NCBI GenBank assembly: GCA_040308005.1
Contig: JAWRIG010000024.1
Coordinates: 1,429 to 65,428, forward strand
Length of the DNA stretch: 64,000 nt
Source of the DNA: Anaerovoracaceae bacterium
Lineage (GTDB): Bacteria; Bacillota; Clostridia; Peptostreptococcales; Anaerovoracaceae
Direction of reading: 5' to 3'
Under the pieces are notes generated by a model. The model saw nothing but the letters and a program-made list of their open reading frames with translations. It was not told the origin of the DNA and searched no databases. Made by a program: the position numbers and the translations under genes. Position 1 is the first letter of the stretch. Every line of letters starts with the position of its first letter. Shown piece by piece: positions 18,574 through 26,079 of this stretch.

Positions 18574-18940
18574 AATTCACTCCCGGTTAACGAAAGATCA
18601 AGGCCTACAGGCTGCGAGGGAGTGAGCCTGTCAGAGATATCCCGCTTACAATTCACTCCCACCTAACGAAGAATCAACGTTTCTAGGCTGCATGGGAGTG
18701 AGTCTGCCAGAGATATCCCGCTCACAAATCACTCCCGGTTAACGAAGAATCAACGTTTCCAGGCTGCATGGGAGTGAGTCTGCCAGAGATATCCCGCTCA
18801 TAATTCACTCCCGCCTAACGAAGAATCAAGGCTTTCAAGCTTCATGGGAGTGAATCTACAAGAGATATTCCGTTCACAATTCACTCCCACTTAACGAAGA
18901 ATCAAGGCTTCCAGACTGCATGGGAGTGAGACTTATTCTC
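18574..18940. repeat. Tandem array of a 76-bp noncoding repeat (4 full copies plus 1 partial); each unit contains the inverted repeat TCACTCCC...GGGAGTGA
   Basis: Unit starts (AATTCAC/AAATCAC) are at 18574, 18650, 18726, 18802 and 18878, an exact 76-bp period. No ORF of 60 aa or more crosses the array. Units are about 80-95% identical by eye and are not separated by unique spacers. Confidence 0.9.
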
Positions 18941-19000
18941 GAAAATGTAAAGCTAACTTTAAATCCTGTTAAGGTATCCCTTAATACATGTAAAGTTTCG

Positions 19001-19029
19001 TTGACGTTAAATATTCCCAAGCCTAAAAT
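19001..19029 (+). promoter_or_regulatory. Candidate sigma-A promoter of the XRE regulator gene
   Basis: TTGACG (19001-19006), a 17-nt spacer, then TAAAAT (19024-19029). This would give a leader of about 170 nt before the ATG at 19203. Confidence 0.45.
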
Positions 19030-19202
19030 GTCGATAACACTTGATCCCGGGGCAGGCTATGCACCCCGAGGCTGTGCCTCATATGCAGCTCTCCGGAATC
19101 ACTCAGAAGACTGCCTGCGCTTCAGGTAAGGGTGCAGCCCTGAAAGGGACTACGCCTGACGGCAGGTTTTCAGTCAAGTTAAATGGGAAATGGGTTGGTA
19201 AT

Positions 19203-19415
19203 ATGGAAAACAAACTCGCACAGATCCGAAGAGAGAAGAAGATCGGGCAGGGCTACTTAGTAGATATGCTCGGCGTCAGCAGGCAGACGATCAGTTCCAT
19301 TGAGAACGGACGCTGCACACCTTCTCTGGAACTCGCTCTAGACCTGGCAGACCTTCTGGGACTGCCGCTGGAAGAACTATTCATCCACGAAAACAGATTC
19401 CTGCAGCAGAGCTGA
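19203..19415 (+). CDS. XRE-family helix-turn-helix transcriptional regulator (70 aa)
   Basis: MENKLAQIRREKKIGQGYLVDMLGVSRQTISSIENGRCTPSLELALDLADLLGLPLEELF is a canonical HTH_3/Cro-C1 domain. The upstream extension to 19041 starts at TTG and has no similarity to HTH proteins. Confidence 0.75.
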   Translation: MENKLAQIRREKKIGQGYLVDMLGVSRQTISSIENGRCTPSLELALDLADLLGLPLEELFIHENRFLQQS

Positions 19416-19639
19416 TATAGCGCAAGGGCTGACAGGGATTCCCGGAAAAACACAAAGCGAAACGGGATCCTGAAAGGGAAGCTGTAAAGTAAACCCGGTG
19501 GCTGGGCTGCTGAAGCCATAAGGCTCGGTTTCAGCAACTCAGTTGCTGCAGGCACCATGGATGAAACCTGCACCTGATGCAGGTTCGGAGAACAGAAAGA
19601 AAACTGCAGTGGAATGCAGACTTGCAAGAGGTAAACGAA

Positions 19640-20881
19640 ATGAAAAATAAGACTTTTTCCTACGATATCAAAAATACGGCTCTGCACGCAGCGATTGCTG
19701 CTGTTCTGCTTGCCGGCCTGATGCTGATCCTGACAATGCACGTAAGTGCTGACACAGGCGCATATGGTACGGGCAAAGTGGATGCAGAAAACGGAGCATA
19801 CCTCAGAAAGTCTGCTACCACTTTCTCCGGAAAGGTTGATGTGCTGGAGTACAACACCGACGTCACCATTTATAAGGAAGTGTTCAAAAGCAGAACAAGC
19901 ACAGACGCTGACCATGTATGGCTCTACGTCAAGGCTGGGGACAAGAGCGGATATATCCGTTCAGACCTTGTAAGAGATGTCAAGTACAACAGCGTTCAGG
20001 GCTACATCAAGAACAGAGCTAACTACAGAACAGGCGCAGGAATCATGATGGACAAGATCGGCCAGTTCAAGAAGAACACCGGAATCACCATCTGCCTGGA
20101 AGCTGCACCTGTAAAGGGAACAGAGGGCAGCAATGAACTCTGGTACAAGATCAGTAAAGACGGCAAGTATTACTACTTATGCTCACGCAATGCAAAGATA
20201 GGCGCAGTACCTGCCAAGGCAGCCAAGGCAGCACCTGCAGCTGAAAAGAAGGCAGAGGCAGCCAAGGCAGCTCCTGCAGCTCAGACACCGGCACCTGCTC
20301 CTGCAGCACCGGCACAGACTCAGCCTGCTGCAGAAGAGACAGTCACAGATGCAGTTCCTGCGGTAAGCGCAGAGAGCGCAGCAGCATTCGCACAGGTCAA
20401 GAGCGCACTTGCAGCAGCCAAAGCAGTAAAGGGCACTGTAACACCTGACACCATCACAGTACTGAAGTCTGCAAGCATCAGCGGCGAGGTGATGGTAGAA
20501 CTCAACCAGAATGCAGTTGTTACAGTCAAGGAAGCAAAGACAACACAGGAAAAGGATGAAGACGGCGAGACAGTCGCAATGAACTGGTATCTTGTCGAAT
20601 TCGATAAATCACAGGTTATAGTCATCGGCGATCCGGAGGCAGAAACACAGACCTCAAGACCTGCATACATGGCAGAGAACCAGGATTCAGATAAAGAGCT
20701 TGAGGCACTCAACACCAAGGCTGAACAGGACCTTCTGGCAGGCGAGGAAGATCCGGACGACGGACTTGAGGACGGAGATGAAGGTTCTTATACAGGAACC
20801 GCTGCAGACGGCCTTGCAGATGCCAACGGCATCGTAAGAGGATATGTTACTGCAGAAGATATTGCAGCGATTATAGGGTAG
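19640..20881 (+). CDS. Membrane-anchored protein with tandem bacterial SH3 (SH3b) domains, an Ala/Pro-rich linker and an acidic C-terminus
   Basis: N-terminal TM segment HAAIAAVLLAGLMLILTM. SH3b signatures GAYLRKSAT...WLYVKAGDKSGYIRSDLV and NYRTGAG...LWYKISKDGKYYYLCSRN. RBS AGAGGT before the ATG at 19640. Confidence 0.7.
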   Translation: MKNKTFSYDIKNTALHAAIAAVLLAGLMLILTMHVSADTGAYGTGKVDAENGAYLRKSATTFSGKVDVLEYNTDVTIYKEVFKSRTSTDADHVWLYVKAGDKSGYIRSDLVRDVKYNSVQGYIKNRANYRTGAGIMMDKIGQFKKNTGITICLEAAPVKGTEGSNELWYKISKDGKYYYLCSRNAKIGAVPAKAAKAAPAAEKKAEAAKAAPAAQTPAPAPAAPAQTQPAAEETVTDAVPAVSAESAAAFAQVKSALAAAKAVKGTVTPDTITVLKSASISGEVMVELNQNAVVTVKEAKTTQEKDEDGETVAMNWYLVEFDKSQVIVIGDPEAETQTSRPAYMAENQDSDKELEALNTKAEQDLLAGEEDPDDGLEDGDEGSYTGTAADGLADANGIVRGYVTAEDIAAIIG

Positions 20882-20885
20882 AAAA

Positions 20886-22448
20886 ATGAAAAAGACCGCT
20901 ATATTAAAACAGAAGAAAACAGTACTGCACCTGGCTATAGTGCTGGTACTTCTCACAGCTGGACTGCTGCTGATCTCAGCGCAGTCTTTTGCTGCGTCAA
21001 GCCCTCAGGCTACAGGACAGGTAAATGCGCGTGCAGGTGCTTATCTGAGAAAGTCCACGAGCACCTCGTCCAAGAAGGTGGCTATTCTTAACGATAACAC
21101 CAGCGTTGTCATCTACAGAGAAGTGTTCAAGAGCAAGAAGAGCACATCCGCCAAGAAGATCTGGTACTATGTAAATGCCAACGGGATCAAGGGCTATATC
21201 CGTTCTGATCTTGTCGACAATGTCCGGTATACACTGCTTTCGGGTACGATCAAGAAGAAGAACACAGTCAGGTATGGAGCAGGAACCAAGATGGCCAAGG
21301 CGGGCACTCTCAAGAAGGGTGCCAAGGTAACTGTCTACCTCGATGCTAGGCCTGTTAAGAAGACCAAGGGCAAAAGCAAAGTGTGGTACAGAATACTATA
21401 TAAAGGAAAGTACTGCTACGTATGCTCAGCTTATGTCAAGATCACCGGCAGTGCAGGCCAGACCCCGGCACCATCAGCATCGAAACCTGCACCGGCTCCG
21501 GCCGCACAGCCTACACAGACTCAGGTCCAGCAGGTTGTCAGCACAGTGACCAACTCCTTCGCTAAGATGACGGATTCAGCCTTCGAGTCTTATCTCAGCA
21601 AGCAGGGATTCCCGGAGGCATACAAGAAGAACCTCAGGACTCTCCACAAGGCGCATCCTAACTGGGTATTCTCGGCATACAATACCGGACTCAAGTGGAA
21701 CGATGTCCTGAACAGGCAGACCAAAGCAGGAGTGTCGCTCGTGCATAAGAGCTACCCGAAATCCTACAGGTCATCCAGCAAGCAGGCGGAGCCGGGCTGG
21801 TACAATGCCTCATCCAAAGTAGTCGCATACTACATGGACCCTAGGAACTTCCTGAATGAAGACAGGATATACATGTTCGAGGATCTAAATTACAAGAAGG
21901 ACTACCAGACGACTGCTGTTGTCAACAAGATCATAAGCGGCACCAAGCTGGCAAGCTATGGATTCAATGCGAACATATTCATGAACGCAGGCTCCGCTTA
22001 CAACGTAAGCCCTGTATTCCTCGCAGCAAGAGTAAGGCAGGAGACAGGGGGCGACAGCATTTCTGTAAACGGAACCAAGTCAGGCGGCACAGTCGTCTAC
22101 AATCCGTTCAACATCGGAGCGACAGGAAAAGACCCTGCAACCAACGGACTCAAATACGCCAAGAAGCAGGGCTGGACCACACCGGCCAAAGCAGTCAACG
22201 GCGGCACACAGTTCATAGCCAGCGGATACATCAGCAAGAAGCAGAACTCCATCTACTTCCAGAGATTCAATGTATGCAATGGATTAAGCAAAGCGGGGAC
22301 ACATCAGTACATGACCAACATCATGGCTCCGTACAGCGAGGCATATATAACCAAGACATCATATGCCAAGTACGGTATCACCAATGAGGCGATCACGTTC
22401 CTGATCCCGCTGTATAACAGCATGCCGGGCAGCACCAAACTGCCGTAA
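20886..22448 (+). CDS. Secreted peptidoglycan hydrolase: two SH3b domains plus a C-terminal glucosaminidase (mannosyl-glycoprotein endo-beta-N-acetylglucosaminidase-like) domain
   Basis: Signal peptide ending SFAAS. SH3b signatures (GAYLRKSTS...WYYVNANGIKGYIRSDLV). The C-terminal motifs VSPVFLAARVRQETGG and YNPFNIGA are typical of the Glucosaminidase/LytD family. Confidence 0.8.
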   Translation: MKKTAILKQKKTVLHLAIVLVLLTAGLLLISAQSFAASSPQATGQVNARAGAYLRKSTSTSSKKVAILNDNTSVVIYREVFKSKKSTSAKKIWYYVNANGIKGYIRSDLVDNVRYTLLSGTIKKKNTVRYGAGTKMAKAGTLKKGAKVTVYLDARPVKKTKGKSKVWYRILYKGKYCYVCSAYVKITGSAGQTPAPSASKPAPAPAAQPTQTQVQQVVSTVTNSFAKMTDSAFESYLSKQGFPEAYKKNLRTLHKAHPNWVFSAYNTGLKWNDVLNRQTKAGVSLVHKSYPKSYRSSSKQAEPGWYNASSKVVAYYMDPRNFLNEDRIYMFEDLNYKKDYQTTAVVNKIISGTKLASYGFNANIFMNAGSAYNVSPVFLAARVRQETGGDSISVNGTKSGGTVVYNPFNIGATGKDPATNGLKYAKKQGWTTPAKAVNGGTQFIASGYISKKQNSIYFQRFNVCNGLSKAGTHQYMTNIMAPYSEAYITKTSYAKYGITNEAITFLIPLYNSMPGSTKLP

Positions 22449-22496
22449 TCATGATGCCATAATGACGGCATATATTATCAGAATATGAGCGAATCA

Positions 22497-22520
22497 AACC
22501 GGTCGAAAGGCCGGTTTTTT
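22497..22520 (+). terminator. Intrinsic terminator after the glucosaminidase gene
   Basis: AACCGGTC-GAAA-GGCCGGTT followed by TTTTT. Confidence 0.8.
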
Positions 22521-22737
22521 GGTTATCAGTCAGTTAGCAAAACATTACGAAAACACGTTTTCGCACTTTTCGCAACTTTTCGCTGAAAATGTAAAATTGT
22601 GTATATATTTCGTCTCAAAACACAATATATAGTGGCAATTCCAAGAATATCCGTCCGAATTTCGAATCCGATTTCGTAAATGTTTTAAAAAAGTACAAAA
22701 AAAGTTGTGAATGTATGTATATTTGAACAAATTATGT

Positions 22738-22766
22738 TTGACCCTTTCCAATGATTACTTTAAAAT
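22738..22766 (+). promoter_or_regulatory. Candidate sigma-A promoter for surface-locus A
   Basis: TTGACC (22738-22743), a 17-nt spacer, then TAAAAT (22761-22766), inside an AT-rich 460-bp intergenic region. It sits about 147 nt upstream of the ATG at 22913. Confidence 0.4.
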
Positions 22767-22912
22767 AGACTTATCGTAGGAAAAGTCTATTTTTCGCATA
22801 TTTGCGCTATTTTGTTCAGAGCCTTATGCGGACATTTATCCGCAGTTTAAAGCGCAGACGGGGGTGACTTGTTCCTCTTTTTTGCTGTTGTCTAAAGGAA
22901 AATACGTAAAAA

Positions 22913-23311
22913 ATGAAACTGAATTTCGGTAAGAAAAATGATGTAGAAACAGCTGCTCAGGCAGGCCTCGAAGGTGCACATGCAGCTTCAGAAAATGCAG
23001 CAGAATTTGCGGCTGAAGTAAAGGGCGCTGCAGCAGCTAATAAGGAAGAAGAACTTGATCTGACCAAGCTCAAGAAGAAAGACCTTCTTGAGATCATGCT
23101 GAGGCAGGGTGAAGAGATCGATGCTCTGAGAGCTCAGGTTGAAGACCTTCAGGCCAGACTCGACAATAAAGAATTCGAACTCAGCAAGGTAGGCTCTATA
23201 GCTGAGGCATCGCTCGCAGTCACAGAGATATTCAAGGAAGCCGACAAGGCCGCCATGATATACCTTACCAACCTTAAGCGTATGGCTGAGGAGGGCATGA
23301 AGAATGAGTGA
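22913..23311 (+). CDS. Small coiled-coil protein of unknown function (132 aa, no signal peptide)
   Basis: ORF with heptad-like charged helices (LDLTKLKKKDLLEIMLRQGEEIDALRAQVEDLQARLDNKEFEL). It overlaps the following signal peptidase gene by 8 nt, which suggests translational coupling. I recognise no family. Confidence 0.5.
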   Translation: MKLNFGKKNDVETAAQAGLEGAHAASENAAEFAAEVKGAAAANKEEELDLTKLKKKDLLEIMLRQGEEIDALRAQVEDLQARLDNKEFELSKVGSIAEASLAVTEIFKEADKAAMIYLTNLKRMAEEGMKNE

Positions 23312-23930
23312 GCAGGATCTTCAGATGACTCCTGACATCATCGAGGCTCCGGAAGTCCCGGCGGTGCCGCTGCCGGACACCGAGACCATCAGGGCAGCAT
23401 ATGAGAAAGTCTCGTATGCCGACAAGCTCAGGAAGTCCATCATCAGCACGACCAACATCCTTATAGTAGTAGCTGCCGTAGCGATACTCGTGGCTATGCT
23501 CTTCCTGCCTGTACTCAGGATATACGGCAACTCGATGAACTCGACCCTCAACTCAGGCGAGCTCGTGGTATCCGTCAAGGGATCAAGCTTCAGGACAGGC
23601 GACATCATCGCTTTCTACTATAACAACAACATCCTGGTAAAGCGTGTAATGGCTAATCCTGGCGACTGGGTGGACATGGACCTCGACGGCAACGTCTACG
23701 TCAACCAGCAGCTGGTCGAAGAGCCTTACCTGACGGAGAAGGCCTTCGGCGAGCCGGACATCGACTTCCCGTACCAGGTGCCGGATGACAGAGTGTTCGT
23801 CCTCGGTGACAACAGAGATGTCTCGATAGACTCGAGATACAAGTCGGTAGGATGCGTTTCATCAGAACAGATAGTTGGCAAAATAGTCTTCCGCGTCTGG
23901 CCGCTCAATCGCATCGGACCGATACATTAA
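23304..23930 (+). CDS. Signal peptidase I (S26 family, bacterial P-type Ser/Lys dyad)
   Basis: N-terminal TM segment. Box B YGNSMNSTL (Ser nucleophile), box D ILVKRVMANPGD (Lys), box E VLGDNRDVSIDSRY. Confidence 0.9.
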   Translation: MSEQDLQMTPDIIEAPEVPAVPLPDTETIRAAYEKVSYADKLRKSIISTTNILIVVAAVAILVAMLFLPVLRIYGNSMNSTLNSGELVVSVKGSSFRTGDIIAFYYNNNILVKRVMANPGDWVDMDLDGNVYVNQQLVEEPYLTEKAFGEPDIDFPYQVPDDRVFVLGDNRDVSIDSRYKSVGCVSSEQIVGKIVFRVWPLNRIGPIH

Positions 23931-23985
23931 CTACATTATGATTATTGCTTTGCAGACTCCGAGGGGAGGTTAGCAAAGTTGTAAT

Positions 23986-24071
23986 AGCTGCCTGTCGGGG
24001 GAAAGGCAGCGCAAACCGCGCAAGCGGACCTAAAGGTGCCCTCCGGGGCAAAACTATGGCCGGGAGGCCAT
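23986..24071 (+). promoter_or_regulatory. Structured 5' leader of the pilin gene; candidate riboswitch (possibly c-di-GMP class I-like), class unverified
   Basis: 204-nt GC-rich noncoding leader. It contains hairpin CTGCC...GGCAG, GCAAACC (24011-24017), the GNRA-capped hairpin CCGC-GCAA-GCGG (24016-24027), helix CCCTCCGG (24039-24046)/CCGGGAGG (24060-24067), and the mutually exclusive helix ATGGCC-GGGA-GGCCAT (24056-24071). Confidence 0.3.
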
Positions 24072-24134
24072 GAATAAAGTGGACCGAGGGGTCATAGTAA
24101 AATATGCCTAAGAGGGCAAGAAAGGAAGGTAAAA

Positions 24135-25826
24135 ATGAAGAAAACAAAACGTATTTTTGCGATCTTCATGACATTGACACTCGCAATGTCAATGCTGATC
24201 GCAAGCAGCGCAGTGTCATTCGCAGCTGAAGGTGATGGCTATACTGTTACTATTACTGGGAATCCTCAGGATAAAGGAACACATAGCTACGAAGCTTACC
24301 AGATATTCAAAGGCAATCTAAATGAAACTACTGGTGCTTTAGGCAATTTACAGTGGGGCTCTGGTATATCTGAAGCAGGCAAAACGGCTCTTGGTGATGC
24401 AAAAACATACGCAGAGTCTATGACAGAAGAAAATGCTGCAGAAAAAGCTGCTGAGCTCGCACAGTATCTTACTTCTCCTGAAAAGACCGGTACAACTTCA
24501 ATCACAGGCCTTGAGGGGGGATATTATCTGATTCAGGATGCAACTTCTTCACCAACTGGTGATAGTGCTGCCAAGACAAAGTTCATCCTCAAGGTAATAA
24601 AAGATGAAACTGTAAATGTAAAATCATCAGTTCCGACTGTTGAAAAGAAAGTACAGGATATTAATGATTCGGATACAACTCCGACTCTTTCATCTTTACA
24701 GGATTCTGCAGACTATGATATTGGAGATAAGATTCCTTATACTGTAACAGCAACTATAGGAACCGGTATTGATTATTTCGAATCCTACAGCATGCAGTTT
24801 GCAGATAAAATGAGCAAGGGACTTTCTTTAATAGAGGACACCACCGGCGCTGATGCATGGTCAATTAAACTGATCAGAACTACCACGTCCGGAGAAGGGG
24901 ATGAAGCTACCACTACTGACACTGAAGTTGCAGATTTAACCTCTCTCTTCACAATAACATCAGCTGCTTCAACCTCTGATAAAACATGGACCTGGACAGC
25001 TACTAATATCATGAAGAATGGTGATACAGCTATCGATGTTCAGGCTGGTGATAAAGTAGTACTTACCTATAAGTGCATTTTAAATAAAGATGCTGTTATA
25101 GGTTCGGCAGGAAACCCGAATGAAGTTCAACTTAAGTTCGACAATAATCCGAATAAATCGGGCGAAGGTAAACCTGCTGGTACTACTCCATGGGATAAAA
25201 ACATAGTGTTTACTTACAAAACTGTGTTTAACAAAGTTGAGAATGTAGAAGAAACACTTACAGCTGAGCAGTATGCGGCTCTATCTGAGGCTGAGAAGGC
25301 AAAATGTACTGAAGTAACTGCTGACGACGGTACTAAAACTTATAAGAGAATGGTTGAACAGCCACTTGTAGGTGCTGACTTTAAACTTGAAAAGAAAGTG
25401 AATGGTGAATGGACCGATGTAACTACTTTAGGATCGGGTCAGAATAAGCCTTCGAAGACAGGCGATGCTTCTGGTTCAACTTTCGAGTTTAAAGGACTCG
25501 ATGATGGTGACTATAGACTTACAGAGACAACGACTCCTCCTGGATATAATACTATTGATCCTATCGTATTCACAATAACTGCAACTCATGATATCGAAAG
25601 TGCTAATCCTGCGCTTACAGCTTTATCAGGAACAGATGGCAAAGAATTTGTTATGACTTCTAATCTGCAGGCTGGATCACTTACAGCTGCTATTGTGAAC
25701 GAAGAAGGCGCTGTTCTTCCGGCTACCGGTGGTATCGGTACTATCATCTTCTACGTACTCGGTACTCTGCTCGTAGTTGGATGCGGCGTTGTTCTGATCT
25801 CGAAGAAGAGAATGGAGAACAAGTAG
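24135..25826 (+). CDS. LPxTG-type (LPATGG) sortase-dependent pilin / isopeptide-domain fimbrial subunit
   Basis: Signal peptide (AVSFAAEG). The SpaA-type N-terminal motif YEAYQIFKG. The E-box-like motif YRLTETTTPPGYN. C-terminal LPATGGIGTIIFYVLGTLLVVGCGVVLISKKRMENK (sorting motif, TM segment, basic tail). A class C sortase gene follows. Confidence 0.85.
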   Translation: MKKTKRIFAIFMTLTLAMSMLIASSAVSFAAEGDGYTVTITGNPQDKGTHSYEAYQIFKGNLNETTGALGNLQWGSGISEAGKTALGDAKTYAESMTEENAAEKAAELAQYLTSPEKTGTTSITGLEGGYYLIQDATSSPTGDSAAKTKFILKVIKDETVNVKSSVPTVEKKVQDINDSDTTPTLSSLQDSADYDIGDKIPYTVTATIGTGIDYFESYSMQFADKMSKGLSLIEDTTGADAWSIKLIRTTTSGEGDEATTTDTEVADLTSLFTITSAASTSDKTWTWTATNIMKNGDTAIDVQAGDKVVLTYKCILNKDAVIGSAGNPNEVQLKFDNNPNKSGEGKPAGTTPWDKNIVFTYKTVFNKVENVEETLTAEQYAALSEAEKAKCTEVTADDGTKTYKRMVEQPLVGADFKLEKKVNGEWTDVTTLGSGQNKPSKTGDASGSTFEFKGLDDGDYRLTETTTPPGYNTIDPIVFTITATHDIESANPALTALSGTDGKEFVMTSNLQAGSLTAAIVNEEGAVLPATGGIGTIIFYVLGTLLVVGCGVVLISKKRMENK

Positions 25827-25870
25827 CCAGTTTACTGACTCACACACAATGTATTGAGACTATATTTAAC

Positions 25871-25908
25871 CGGCGCGGGGTCTTACCCGTTAAGGCCCCG
25901 CTAGCCGG
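25871..25908 (+). other. GC-rich hairpin between the pilin and sortase genes (no U-tract)
   Basis: CCGGCGCGGGG...CCCCGC(TA)GCCGG forms an 11-bp stem with a 2-nt bulge in a 253-nt intergenic spacer. Confidence 0.4.
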
Positions 25909-26079
25909 ACAACGTGCACCAGGCTGATGCACGCAGCAAGGGATTATCCCCTCACAATACTTTATCCCTTGACAGGAATCTGCCCAGCAGGTGTTACGGG
26001 CCTGCGGCAACGGATCATGTTGCAAGCGATATGATCTGCTTCCGGAAGCCCGTAGCGGATAGGTACAGGTGATTAATAA

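Noticed and set aside
18574-18940. The 76-bp tandem array considered as a CRISPR array or as degenerate tRNA pseudogenes (the unit length equals tRNA length and it lies next to a tRNA operon).
   Set aside because: The whole 76-bp unit is repeated with no unique spacers, and there are no cas genes in the window. The only strong pairing is TCACTCCC/GGGAGTGA, with loops of about 28-33 nt. No acceptor, D, anticodon or T-arm cloverleaf can be drawn.
18920-19202. ORF 18920-19129 and the long version of the XRE ORF starting at 19041 (TTG).
   Set aside because: There is no RBS, and the sequence upstream of MENKLAQ has no HTH-family similarity. A good promoter (19001-19029) lies inside or just before these ORFs, so the region is more likely a 5' leader.
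19416-19639. The structured spacer upstream of the SH3b protein genes, considered as a c-di-AMP (ydaO-type) riboswitch because such riboswitches often precede cell-wall hydrolase genes.
   Set aside because: It has three simple hairpins (GCAGCAAC-TCA-GTTGCTGC, AACCTGCA-CCTGA-TGCAGGTT, CTGCA-GTGGAA-TGCAG). I could not find the pseudo-symmetric ACGGGGA/CCCG-type conserved cores of the ydaO motif. It is left unassigned, and a cmscan run would settle it.
22545-22751. A 68-aa minus-strand ORF in the AT-rich region upstream of locus A.
   Set aside because: It has no RBS and a low-complexity, AT-driven composition. It overlaps the cluster of palindromes and direct repeats, which is better explained as regulatory DNA.
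23304-23930. Calling the locus-encoded signal peptidase sipW, by analogy with tapA-sipW-tasA.
   Set aside because: It has the bacterial P-type boxes, including the catalytic Lys (ILVKRV) and GDNR..S.DSR, rather than the ER-type Ser/His organisation. It is reported as generic signal peptidase I, with the mismatch noted as a finding.
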